64,000 bases of DNA from Mobula hypostoma (GCF_963921235.1 NC_086097.1:171742001-171806000); one strand, 5' to 3'; positions 39,601-52,594 are shown, counted from the first letter of the stretch. A program made the numbers and translations. Notes: generated from the sequence alone by a model not told the origin.

Positions 39601-40768
39601 ACATTAAAGAATCAAATCTACTAAAACTAAGAATAATAAAGGGCTCTAAGCTGATGACTATTCCGTCACACTCTTGACCAGGACTTGACAGATGCTGGAA
39701 AGGATTTGGGGTGTTAGGAGATGAGCAACATTGCACAAAACAGCATCTCTCAAGGAGAAACCAGTGGCCAACGTGATCTTTTCAGTTCATTCTTTAATTG
39801 GGATATTTCTTCAATGTCTTGAAACAAATATTGAAAGAAAATGCACTTCTGTGGTGATTTTCATACTTCTGTCTATTGCAAATGGCTTTACAATGAGTTA
39901 TGAGCAAAGAAGGATTTGCATTTATGCAGCTCCTTTATCCACCTCAGATTATTCCAAGCAATGAAGGATGCTAGAATACAATGAAATCAGAGCAGGATTA
40001 GGCCACCAGGCCTCTCAAGCCTGCCCCATCTTTCAATATGATGATTACTGATCTATGCTGGCCTCTTGTCCCATTCAGATATTCAACCCTCAATTCCTCA
40101 ATCTTTCAATTATTTATCCATCTCCACCTTAATGACCTGTACTCCACCACACTCATGGGCTGAGAATGCCAGATATTAGCCTACTCATGAGAGAAGGAAT
40201 TTCTCTATGTTTCTGATGTGTTACTCTTTTATGAAGTTTGGAAGTGTTCAGCAGGACAGGCATTCCACACAAAGGAAAGACAACATACAATTTATGGACA
40301 ATGAGCTTCCATAAACAATAAAGTGATAAAGGTTAGATAATCTGTTTTGGAGGGTTAAGTGCTTATTGGGGCACTAGGGATAAAAAGCAATAATTTTTAC
40401 ATTTATCTTAGGCAGTAGAAGGGCTTCAAGTTAATATCATATTTGAAACTATGCATCTCACTCCACCATATCATCCTGAGGTCAGTCTGAATCCCCTTGG
40501 CTCAGCTCCTGAAGTGACGCATGAACATTAAGCCTCGCACCTTCCAGTTCTGAAGTGAGACTGCATCTACAGTTCATGCAATTCAAATTCCATTTCTAAT
40601 TTGGGAATGAAATGCAGCTTTAGGGAAAACTGAGAAGTTTTTTGAAGAATTATACCATTACCTGAATTTATTCTGGAAAATTGCACAGAATGTGCATAGC
40701 CTTCAGTATTACAACCACATTAATCAGAATAATAACCAGTGATTCATGTGGAGTCATGTTTGAAATTG

Positions 40769-40911
40769 GGAGACATGGAATTCCTGCAGATGCTGGATTC
40801 TTGAGCAAACACAGAGCCTTTCAATGGTCTTAACCTGAAACATCAAATGTCCTCTTTCCTCCATAGATGCTGCCTGATTGGCTGAGTTACTCCAGCAGCT
40901 CTTTCTTTGCC
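40769..40911. mobile_element. Mini-Penelope with inverted terminal tail
   Basis: TSD TTTGAAATTG at 40759-40768 and 40912-40921. Confidence 0.7.
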
Positions 40912-42899
40912 TTTGAAATTGTTAGCAACTGATTAGTACAGAGTTTCACAACATTCACACCTTTCACAACATTCCAAAATCTACTACGACTGATAGATTA
41001 TCTTTGAAGTGTGCCGTTACAGGCTTTACTTTAATTTATTCATTCATTGGTTGTGGCCCCATTTGCCAGCATTTATTCCCAATCCCTAATAACCCCTGGA
41101 TTGAGGGGGTTCCTGGGCCATTTCAAACGTTAAACTCCATTTACCTAGACTGGTGGGCCCGGAGTCACACCTGTGTGAGACTGAGCATTGGCATTTGTAT
41201 TGGTTTATTATTGTCACATGCATCAAGAGACAGTAGAAAGCTTGTCTTGCACACTGTTCATACAGATTAAATCATCTTCAGCAGACAGTTTGGTGCTCCA
41301 GATTCTAGCATCTGCAGCCTCTTGTGTCTCAACAACTTTGTATTGTGTTTTATTGACATTAAAAGTGAGGTCAGAAAACCAGTAAGTAGACGGATTCAAG
41401 CCCACTGCTATCAGCAGAGTACAAACAACAGAAAATTAGAGTCTTGCAACATCAGATATTGCTGGTGAACTCAGGCTAGGGTCTCCAGGCTTCTGTCCCT
41501 CCTGCCTGGTGGCAGCAGTGAGAGAAATGCATGAACAGGATGGTGGGGGTCCCAGATGATGGATGGCACCTTCCTCAGACAAAACCTTTCGCTGGTGTCT
41601 TCAATGCTGGAGAAAGTTTTACCTATGATAAAAATGGCTGAGCCTGCCTCTCTCAGTCCCTTCCCCACTCCCATCAGGTTTTGACTGAACTGATAAACAC
41701 TAATACTACCTCAAACTATATTTCTTATTCTATCAACTTGCACCATTTTGCTGTTTATTGTGTCTTGTAAATTAAGTACAGTTTACAGTTTACATTGATT
41801 TATGTTTTTCATCTTTATTATATTATGTATGTGCTGATGCTACAAACAGCTAATCTTCTTGGCATTTATACCTTATGCCTATGAGAATGAGCTTGAATAT
41901 TCAAATCACCAAACCCTTCTGTTCCTGTGCATCGGAGTTTCCATACCACATCACAATGCACTCAGAGTGTTTTCCACTGTTATTCATGACCATCTAAATG
42001 CAAATAGTAAATAGTTACAAATAGCAACTATTTTTAGTTCATATCACCATTAAAGGTTTCCATATTTTAGCCCTAATCTAAGTGCACAATATTCAGAGGT
42101 CCTTTTAAACTTTACTTAACATCTAACTATAGCACTCTCTTACAACTAAGTATAGACTCAGTTTTCTCTACTTGTTACAGGATCATGGAAATGGAAGGAA
42201 ATCATTAAGCCCTTCAGCTTGTCATCACTTCATGGCTGATCAGTATGTGAATCAAGTTACCACCTTTGACCCATATCCCTCAATACCTTTATTAAACTAA
42301 CATCTATTGATTGCAATCTTGCAAATTTCAATTAGCCTGGTCTCTTCAATCATTGTTTTTTAACAGTGGAGAGTTCCAAATGTTGAAAAGGAATTGTGTC
42401 AATCAAGATCTGTAAACATGATTATCTGGTTGCTATCAAATTGCTGTTTCAGGGATCTTCATGTCTGCTGCTGCCCCATAGCTCTGCAGCAGTGACTAAT
42501 CTTTAAAAGTACTTCATAGAGCTTAGGTTTTTATGTTTTCTTTATGAACACAGATTTGTCCTGTCTAATATAGGAAAGATGTGGCACTGTAGAACATGTG
42601 AAAAGGAGATTCGCCAGAACTGGAGCATTACAGTTATAAGGAATGACCAGTTGGTCTGGGTTTGTTTTCCCTGGATAATTTCCCTCTAATTTTTTTATAT
42701 AGTTGCATGGACCAACCACTGCCCTGAGCAGGAAATTTTTACATGGCCTGAAAACTGCACGACACTTTAAAAGTTTAAATGTTCTGAATATTCCAGCTGC
42801 ACAGCAACAAAGGCTGTGTGTGCAGGAGCATTTCAGCTGCTGCGTGACTGTGCACCCACACAGCTTAGAGGAACAGTACTGTGTCATTACAGGATAGAG

Positions 42900-43475
42900 C
42901 TATATAAAATTATGAGGGCAGTAGATAGTAAAAAAAAATTCCCATAGTGGGGGGTTTCAAAGACAAGAAGTTTAAGATGACAAATTGGTATTTGAGAGTA
43001 TTATGAGGAGGAATTTTTTGTACAGTCTTGTTAGGCAGGGGATTGAGTTCAAGAGCTGTAAGGTAATGTTGCAGCTCTATAAAACTCAGGATAGGTCACA
43101 CTTGGAGTATTATGCTCAGTTCTGGTCACTCTTTATGAGAAGGATTTGAAAAGCTTTAGAAAGGGTACAGAAGAGATTTATCAGGATGCTGCCTGCGTTA
43201 GGGAACAAGACTTTTAAGGAAAGATTGAGAGTGCTTGGGTTTTTCTTCTTGGAGTGAAGGTGGTTGGTGTTTGGGACATGCTGCTAAAGATGCCCTCTAG
43301 GAAGATTCCCTCATGACATTTGTAAAGCATCTAAATGAGTACCTGAATTGCCAAGGCATAGAAGAGTATAATCCAATATGGATAAATGGGATTTGTGTTG
43401 GTAGGTACAAGATATGGCCTGGGCATGGTAGGCCAAAGGGCCTGTTTCTGGGCTGTCCAACTCTATTTCTATGGG
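42900..43475 (+). mobile_element. CR1 3' end containing an out-of-order CR1 segment (43025-43260)
   Basis: YKIMRAVD..RRNFLY is interrupted, then continues VVGVWDML. Confidence 0.75.
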
Positions 43476-43896
43476 TTAAGTAGTCTATCTCCTATTATAA
43501 AATCATTTCTGTATGAACTGCTTTTCCCACCAGTTCAGCTGGCCTCTCGGTATAAAACATCTTCAATGTACTAGATGCACCATGTGCCATTCCACAGAAG
43601 GTGCTGCAGTTTTTTTGTTCCACACAGGCCATTCTGATTCCAGCTCCCAAACCCTCAACTTCTTTAACCTCTATATCCTCTGCCAACAGGATAGACAAGG
43701 GCAGCAGATCCATGGAAAAATGACTCATTGCATTTTCATCATGCTTCTCTGCAATGAGAACGGTTAAGAGGGTTTTGCAGAAAATGGAGAAAGTGTGCAT
43801 CAAGAAGCGATAAAAATGATTAAAAGATTGTTAATACTAAAAAAACGTTCATTATGAAGTATGTACCTCCTGTGTCTGAAGAATTAACATAAAATC

Positions 43897-44490
43897 AACA
43901 TAGAACATGACAGCACAATACAAGCTCTTTGGCCCATGATCAATAACTCTTCCCTTCCACATGGCCCTCCATTTATCTTTCATCCATGAATGTAAGTGTC
44001 TCTTAAATGTCCCTAACGTATCTGTCTCTTCCAGCACCCCTGGCAGCACGTTCCATTCACCAACCAGTCTCTGTGTAAAAACCCTACCTTGACATTCCCC
44101 CTATACTTTCCTCCAGTCAGATTAAATTTATGTCCTCTTGTATTAGCCATTGCTGCCCTAAGAACAAGGTGCTGGCTGTCCACTCTATAAATTCCTCTTA
44201 TCATCTTATACACTTCAATCAAGTCACCTCTTCACTCCAAAAAGAAAAACCCTAGCACCCCTAAAAGTCTTGTTCCCTAATCCAGGCAGCATCCTGATAA
44301 ATCTCTTCTGTACCCTTTCTAAAGCTTTCAAATCCTTCCTATAAAGAGTGATCAGAACTGAACATAATACTCCAAGTGTGACCTATCCTGAGTTTTATAG
44401 AGCTTACAGCTCCTGAACTTAATCTCCTGACTAACGAAGACCAACACACCATATGTCTTCTTAACCATCTTATCAACTTGCATGGTAGCT
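43897..44490 (-). mobile_element. CR1 3' end
   Basis: QVDKMVKKTYGVL, HLEYYVQF, IEVYKMIRGI. Confidence 0.85.
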
Positions 44491-45451
44491 TTGGTCAAAG
44501 TAGCCACCACAGATCCCACAGAACCTCCACTGACTAGAGGGGGAGGTAGGTGGACAAGACGTGGGGCAAGTTTAGGAGCCGGATGGAATGCATACAACAG
44601 TGACAAATTTCAACCACCCAAAAGGGAACCAAGCTGATTACAAGTGAAATAACTAATTAATATAATAGAACTTAATTTGCATAACTAAATATGAAAGCAC
44701 TGTACATTTTAAATCACCAAGGCTGAACAAAAACCTTATGCTGAAAAGAAATAAGTCTTTGTACTTGAGAGCTTACTTCATTGAGTGTGTTCCACTTGCA
44801 GTGTTCAATACAGAAAGAAAATCATTGAAGCATTAATTGTCAAGCAAAGCTGATTCACATGAATGATGTACATACATTATGTAAAAGAACATGGAACAAT
44901 TAAATGTGTTGTCTTTGTCACTTTAATCTGGGTAATTGTGACAGTTTTATGATGATTCAATTAGAAGGTTTCCTTTGACATAAAATCTGCCGCCAATTTA
45001 GATCTCTAACTTGCTTGTAATTAATTAAGTTGGCAGTCGTTATGTAAGATGCTTGTTGTTTGATTATATGGAAGCTATTTCCTGGCAGTAACAACTGAAT
45101 CTTAGTCTCAATGCTTTTACCAACAGGGGACAATGCTACAGCCCAGTTTCAAGGTTGGCAATTCATTATCTTCATGGTCCATCTGCTGTTTTCTTTGTCA
45201 GTTGAAATAAAGTGTGATCATAAACAATGTTATGTATTACATTTCTTTAGCACCTATCACATCCACAAGAACAAAAGAAAATAGAAGCAGGAGTAAGCCA
45301 AATATCCCCATTAACCTGCCCTGCAATTCAAAATGATGGATCTAATCCTCTTCTGTGCCAGTTCCTCATCACTCTCAATTCCTCAATTTTCAAATATTTA
45401 CATATCTACCTCCCTTTTAAATATATCTAATGATCTAGTCTCCATTTTAGA

Positions 45452-46085
45452 TTAGATTAGACTAGATTATGAGGACACGCAGTCCTCTTTTATTGTCATT
45501 TAGTAATGCATGCATTAAGAAATGATACAATATTCTTCCGATGTGATATCACAGAAACACAGGACAGACCAAGACTGTAAAACTAACAGAAACCACATAA
45601 TTATAACATATACAAACAGGTGCAAGCAATACCATAACGTGATGAAGAACAGGCCGTTAGTACGGTAAAAAGTTCAAAGTCTCTCAAAAGTCCCACATCT
45701 CACGCAGACAGGAGAAGGAAGAAAACTCTCCCTGCCATAATCGACCACAGTCCGAATCTGAGTCGTCCGAAAACTTTGAGCTCTGACCAGCCCTCCGACA
45801 CCGAGCACCGAGCACCACCCCTGCCGAACACTTCGACCCCAGCCCGGCTGCCAGCAGCAGGCAAAGCCGAGGATTTTGGGGCCTTCCCTCCGGAGAGTCT
45901 CAATCGCACAGTAGCAGCGGCAGCAAACCGGGCATTTCAGAAGTTATTCCAGATGTTCCTCCGTGCTCTCACGGCTGTCTCCATAAAATAAGAATTGTGC
46001 ATGGCCCCTATTTCACAAATACGATATCATTTCACCCGAGAGGCTACGCGCGCTGCGTCGCGCCGCCATCTTCTCCTCCCGACTC
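45452..46085 (-). mobile_element. Young CpG-rich non-autonomous retroposon with a (TCTAA)n tail, inserted in a CR1 end
   Basis: TTAGA at 45447-45451 and 46086-46090; AAGATGGCGG near the 5' end (46072-46063). Confidence 0.7.
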
Positions 46086-46542
46086 TTAGAGGAGAGAGTT
46101 TCAGAGATTCACTACTTCCTGAGAGAAGAATGCTCATCTACCTCAGCTCTAGATGAATGGCTCCTTATCTTGTAGCTATGTCCCCTTGTTTGTGATTCTC
46201 CCACTAGCGCAAACATCTCAACACCCACCTGGCCATGCCATCTTTCTTCAATGTGCTCTGAAGTCAATATATTGAATTGAAGCAGGGTAAAGCAATGAAA
46301 AATTCCCATCATCCAGGTTATGCTATTATATGCAGCTACATTCTCGCAGGAGATACCAAAGCCTGAATTCCCAAAGCACCAGGTTTAACAACATCCTTCA
46401 ACCATTTAGTTCTCGAAACAACCAGCACGATCCCAAACACTACAATTTAACAACAATATGACCACTTTGATCAATTTGCACAAAACTTGACTTTTTATTT
46501 GTTCTAATTATATTCTTTATTGTAAAAATTGTCTATAATGTA

Positions 46543-48165
46543 CAGTGGCATGCAAAAGTTTGGGCACCTCGGTCAAAATTTCTGTTATTGTGAATAGCTA
46601 AGCGAGTAAAAGATGACCTGATTTCCAAAAGGCATAAAGTTAAAGATGACACATTTCTTTAATATTTTAAGCAAGATTTCTTTTTTATTTCCATTTTTTA
46701 TAGTTTCAAAATAACAAAAAAGGAAAAGGGCCCAAAGCAAATGTTTGGGCACCCTGCATTTTCAATACTTAGTAACACCCCCTTTGGCAAGTATCACAGC
46801 TTGTAAACGCTTTCTGTAGCCAGCTATGAGTCTTTCAATTCTTGTTTGGGGGATTTTCTCCCATTCTTCCTTGAAAAAGGCTTCTAGTTCTGTGAGATTC
46901 TTGGGCCGTCTTGCATGCACTGCTCTTTTAAGGTCTAGCCATAGATTCTCGATGATGTTTAGGTCAGGGGGACTGTGAGGGCCATGGCAAAACCTTCAGC
47001 TTGTGCCTCTTGAGGTAGTCCACTGTGGATTTTGAGGTGTGTTTATGATCATTATCCTTTTGTAGAAGCCATCCTCTTTTCATCTTCAGCTTTTTTACAG
47101 ATGGTGTGATGTTTGTTTCCAGAATTTGCTGGTATTTAATTGAATTCATTCTTTCCTCTACCAGTGAAATGTTCCCTGTGCCACTGGCTGCAACACAAGC
47201 CCAAAGCATAATCGATCCACCCCCATGCTTAACAGTTGGAGAGGGGTTCTTTTCTTGAAATTCTGCACCCTTTTTTCTCCAAACATAGCTTCACTCATTG
47301 CAGCCAAAAAGTTTTATTTTAACTTCATCAGTTCACAGGACTGATTTCCAAAATGCATCAGGCTTGTTTAGATGTTCCTTTGCAAACTTCTGACGCTGAA
47401 TTTTGTGGTGAGGATACAGGAAATCTTTTCTTCTGATGATTCTTCCATGAAGATCATATTGGTGCAGGTGTCGCTGCACAGTAGAACAGTGCACCACCAC
47501 TCCAGAGTCTGCTAAATCCTCCTGAAGGTCTTTTGCAGTCAAACGGAGGTTTTGATTTGCCTTTCTAGCAATCCTACAGGCAGTTCTCTCGGAAAGTTTT
47601 CTTGGTCTTCCAGATCTCAACTTGACGTCTACCATTCCTGTTAACTGCCATTTCTTAATTACATTATGAACTGAGGAAACGGCTACCTGAAAACGCTTTG
47701 CTGTCTTCTTATAGCCTTCTCCTGTTTTGTGGGCATCAATTATTTTAATTTTCAGAGTGCTAGGCAGCTCTTTAGAGGACCCCATGGCTGCTGATTGTTG
47801 GGACAAGATTTCAGGAGTTAGGGTATTTATAAAGCTTTGAAATTTGCATCACCTGGCCTTTCCTAACGATGACTGTGAACAAGCCATAGCCCTAACAAGC
47901 TAATTGAGGTCTGAGACCTTAGTAAAAGTTATCTAAGAGCTCAAATCTCTTGGAATGCCCTAACTTTTACATGGTGCTCCTTTCCTTTTTTTCACTCTAA
48001 AATTGTACAAAACAAAAATAATAAACCAATCTTGCTTAAAATGTTGAAAAGAATGTTTCATCTTTAACTTTATGACTTTTGGAGATCAGTTCATCTACTA
48101 CTCACTTAACTATTCACAGTAACAGAAATTTTGACCAGGGGTGCCCAAACTTTTGCATGCCACTG
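46543..48165 (-). mobile_element. Full-length Tc1-family IR/DR transposon (1623 bp)
   Basis: TA TSD; CAGTGGCATGCAAAAGTTTGGGCACC termini; ~215-bp TIRs with an inner direct repeat. Confidence 0.95.
46762..47785 (-). pseudogene. Tc1 DD34E transposase pseudogene
   Basis: MGSSKEL..SGRPRKLS; VL*TDE; QKDNDHKH; WPSQSP(+1)DLNIIE; 1024 nt = 341 codons + 1. Confidence 0.9.
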
Positions 48166-48289
48166 TATGTTTACTTTATGATTTTCTTGTAAATGCTGTT
48201 AATCTAAGTGCTTGTGAAGCTTTTCATTGCACCTGTGAAACCTGTGGTTGAACAAATGTATGACGATAAAGTTGACATTGACGTTGACT

Positions 48290-48900
48290 TTGAAAGCACA
48301 CTTTGGTGAGGCTTCACTTGGAGTATTATGTTCAGTTTTGGTCACATCACTTAGGAGAATGAAAAGAGAAGATATTCACAAGAATATGGCCAGGAGTTGA
48401 GGGACTGTGTTGTAGGGAAAGGTTGGGCAGGCCAGAGCTTTCTTCTTTGGATTGTAAGAGAGACTGAGAGCTGATCTTATAGAGGTGATTAAATCACGAA
48501 GGACATAGAAAGGGTGAATACACTCAGTCTTTTTTCTAGAGTTGGAGTATCAAGAACTAGACAGCATAGTGGAGAGAGGGAAAATTTAATAGGAACTTGA
48601 AGATCAACTCTTTTACACAAAGGCTATTATGCATGTGGAATGAGCTGCCACAGGAAGAAGCTGAGGAAGGTGCAATGTTTAAAGGACAGCTGGACAGATA
48701 CATGAATAGGAAAGTTTTCGAGCAGGGTTCCCAACCTGGACCTCTCAGTTAATGAGCGGGATCCGTGGCATAAGAAGGTTGGGAACCCCTGTTTTGGAGG
48801 GATATAATTTGGAGAGGGTACAGAAGAGGTTTACCAGGATGTTGCCTGGATTAGACAGCATGTACTAGAAGGAAAGGTTGGACAAGATTTGGTTGTTTTG
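48290..48900 (+). mobile_element. CR1 3' fragments
   Basis: LVRLHLEYYVQFWS; WNELP. Confidence 0.75.
48723..48791. mobile_element. 69-bp hAT (Charlie-type) MITE
   Basis: TIRs CAGGGTTCCCAACCT / AGGTTGGGAACCCCTG; 8-bp TSD TTTT(C/G)GAG. Confidence 0.8.
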
Positions 48901-49255
48901 GTGATAAATAGGTGAAGATGATGGGCTATGGTAGGAGAAGAAGATTAATTATGGAAGCAGATGAGGAAGGTGGGGAGGGCAGATGAGAACAATGGGGAAT
49001 GGGAACCAATAGAAGGAATGTGTGGGTGATGAGCAGATGCAGTCGGTAGAGGATAGGGTTGCTATCAGTTCCTTTCATCTGGTTTCATGTATCTCCCTAC
49101 CTTTTTATACTAGATCTTTCAGTCTAGATGAAGGGCTTCAACCCAAAATGGTGACTGCCTGTTCCCCTCACATAGATGCTGCTCAACATAATATGTTTCT
49201 CCAGCAGATTGCTTGTGACCCCAGATTCTCGCAACTCCAGTCTCTCGTGTCTCCA
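48900..49255. mobile_element. Decayed Penelope pLTR pieces in opposite orientations
   Basis: Purine-rich arm, then pyrimidine-rich arm, TAGATGAAGGG..CCCAAAA core and ATAGATGCTGC. Confidence 0.5.
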
Positions 49256-49499
49256 TGGCTGAGGAGTCTAGAACCAGGGGAGGCAGACGCAAAGTGAGAA
49301 GTCAGTCATTCACTTTAGCGACAAGAGGCAATTTCTTCATCCACTGGTGAATCTTTGGAATTCCCATCCAGAGGGTTGTGGAGGCTCTGAAACTAAGTAC
49401 ATGCAAAGTATAGACTTGAAAACGTTTGCACAACATTGTGAGTCAAAGGGACCATACTGTACTGTACTGTTTTATGATTACATAATGATGCTGAAAAAC

Positions 49500-50085
49500 T
49501 AATACATACCTTTATTAGATAACTGATAAACTGACTAGATAACTGCAACACACTTTTAACTGAGCTTCCAAAGTAATCTATTGACAAACTTCAATGCATG
49601 CAGAAAGTCACTGTTAGACTTTTAACCAAAACCAGGATGAGGGAATGTATCACTCCCATCCTAGCTAATCTTCATTGGCTTTCTGTGTCTTTTAGCAATG
49701 ATTTTAAAGTTCTCTTACTTGATTTTAAAGTTTTCAGTGGTCTGGAACCGGAATACACCACAGAATCACTTTCACTTTATAATCCTGCTCGAGTTCTCAG
49801 ATCTTCTTCAGCTGGTCTCTTAAATTTGAACAATCTCCCTCACGGGGTAATGGGCAGGTCAACTTTTTTGTACTATACTCCTAAACTGTAAGTCCAATAC
49901 CTAGAATTATAAGGGATAGAGATTCAGTTGACACTTTTAAGAACCAGCTCAAAACCTATTTATTTAACCTTGCTTTTAATGAATATCATTTTGTCTTTCA
50001 TTTTCATGTTTGCTCTTTATCCCGTTGTAACCCACTTTAACTACATTGTATGAACAGTTCTCTATAAATAAGTTACCTTTATTAT
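49500..50085 (+). mobile_element. L2 LINE 3' end
   Basis: LDNCNTLL..KLQCMQK..ECITPILANLHWL..FKVLLL; FKNQLKTYLF. Confidence 0.85.
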
Positions 50086-50543
50086 TCCACTGTGAGACAT
50101 GTAAGGCCAGAGAAACTGTAGTTCATTAAATACTGATTTACAGTATATGCATCCTTCATCAGTGTAACTACAAGATCTTATCTCAACGTAATATAAGAAA
50201 TGCTTCAGTACAGTACTTACTCAGACACATGTGAATAATCATAAGGCAAATCCTATATCCAACCCCTGACTTATCCTGCAGTCAGGATGACAAATTGCAT
50301 TTGCATTTACTTTCCAAACTGTGCCTGCAAGTCAAAAATAAGCCAAAGGCACCAACCTTTGCAGGATGGAAATGTCAAAGGAAGTGACATTCTTTGCTCG
50401 GTCGCCTTAAGCTTTCTAATAAACATCCCATATTATTGCAAGACACATTGGAGCTGGGAGAAGCATTGATGCAGAGAAGTAACCCCAACAATTATCAATG
50501 CTTATCATCTCGTTTGAGTGATGATAAAAGACAGTGAATGTGA

Positions 50544-50860
50544 TGCACAGTGGTGAAGCTACTAGAGCCACTGCCTCACATCTCCAGTGACCCAGGTTGA
50601 ATCCTGACCTCAAGCACTATCTCTGTTGAGTTTGCATGTTCTCCATGTGACTGCACAGGTTTCTCCTGTGTGTCCTTGTTTCCACTCACATCCTAAAAGC
50701 ATGCCAGTTGCTGCAAATTGCCCCTCATGCAGGGATCTGAGGGGAATTGATGAGAATATGGAGAGAATAATTTGGAGTTAGTGTAGGATTAAAGAAAATT
50801 GGTGGTTGCTGATTAATGTGGCCCACTAGGCCTGCTTCTAATGCTGTATGACTCCATAAT
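50544..50860 (+). mobile_element. V-SINE (HE1-like)
   Basis: tRNA-like head with GGTTGAATCC B box; GAGTTTGCATGTTCTCC V-domain; CR1-like tail. Confidence 0.75.
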
Positions 50861-50885
50861 CTCCAAATGAATATAGGAAACTGAA

Positions 50886-51037
50886 GTAAACACAAGTGAT
50901 TCTGCACATGCTGGAAATCTTGAGCAAATCTTTATCTGGACCCTAAAAAGAGCCCCAGCTTGAAACATCAACTGTATGTTCCCCTCCATAGATGCTGCCT
51001 GACTTACTGATCTCCTCTAGCATTTTGCATGTGCTGC
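50886..51037. mobile_element. Mini-Penelope with inverted terminal tail
   Basis: Flanks ATAGGAAACTGAA and ATAAAAACTGAA (imperfect TSD). Confidence 0.65.
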
Positions 51038-52594
51038 ATAAAAACTGAATGGGTTGGATATCAGAAATTTAAACAGAAAATGCTAGAAACATTCAGCAGA
51101 ATCTGTGGAAGGAGAAATAGAGTGAATGCTTCAAATGAAGTGTGTTTTATTAAAGCTGGGAAAGGTAGGAATCAAATGAAGTTGCAAAGAATATGTAAAG
51201 GGGGTAGGATGGATAGGACAAAATAAATGTCTCTGACAGGGTGAGGCCAGGGATGGTGTGGGGACAAGTTATGGAGCTGACCTGCTTAATGAGTTAAAAG
51301 AGGTGGTAGGAGATTGCAAAATGCAACAAAAATGTTGGTAGAGAGTAAGAACACAAACAAAGGAATGCGATAAAAGTATGAATTGCAAGGCTGTAGATAA
51401 CACCCATTCGATCAGTCTGTGATGATAGGTGAGAGGAAATCAGCCAATGTCACAGACGAATGACTTGCAGCATAAATGGCTATTTTATTTTCTTTCTTTC
51501 CTGCTTCAGAGCAAGGGTCCTCGAGCTGAAAAATTATCTTAGATGCTGCTGAGTGTGTCCAATATTTTCTATTTTTATTTACGGTAATAGACAGCTTCGA
51601 CATTGATTTTGTTAGAGTAATCTTCATGCCAGTTTGCGAATGTTGATGTGGGTTTAACACAACAGTAAATCTTTTCAGACAGTAAATTAAAATGCCAGTG
51701 GTAAGGAGGATACTCCAATTATACTTAGTGATGCTACAAATTCCAAAATCAGTAAAAGGGCAGTGAAATTCTAGAGTTCAAATATACAAATCTTATGAAA
51801 AGTGGGAGGACAAATTGATGATTGTCTGAGGCTGAAGCATTTTACAGATGGAAGCATTGAAGCTGAAAAGGGAAGATTTACAGCAGTGTCTGTCTACCTT
51901 AGTGGCTACGTGCTGACCTGTTTTTAACAGTGTGCTTTAGAAGGTTGTCAAGGCTAAGAAAAGATTTACTAAGATGATAATGAGGTTGAGGGGCTTCTTC
52001 TGTAAGCAGAGTGTAGAGAGCAGGCTGGGAGATAAGTTGATAGTCCTTCCTGCTGTCTGGCAAGGGTTCAAAAGCTCAGGGGATATGTTACTAGACTGGT
52101 AATTCATTGGTCTTAACTAATTATACAGAGACAAGTGGCCGAATCCCACTAACACAGCTGGGTATGTTCAATTAAAGAAACTTGGATTTTAAAAAATAGT
52201 TTCTGCAAAGGTGATCATGCAGCATTAAAAACTTAAATAAAAAGCTAAAATGCTGGGGAAACTCAACAGGTCAGATAACATCGGGGGAAATAAAAACAAA
52301 GTTAACATTTCAAGTCAAAGACTATTCATCAGCACTGGAAGAGAGAATACAGGAAAGTCATTTTAAATTGAAGATAGGTGGCAGGGAGGGAAGAAAGGGC
52401 AAAGGAATTATCTTTGGTAAGATGAGACCAAGTCAAATGGGTAAATGGGAAATGGGCCAGAAAGACTGTGAATCTGCTTCATTGTCAGTGATGTTTGTCA
52501 CTAATTTCAACACTGTGTAATATGCCCAGCAGGAGAGAGGAAAAAAAAAACCCTGATTCAATACCACAGATGGAAGAATAGAAATGGTGATGGG

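Noticed and set aside
44352..44606. Pro-rich 84-aa ORF
   Set aside because: C-terminal half is CR1; the N-terminal part has no recognisable homology or splice support
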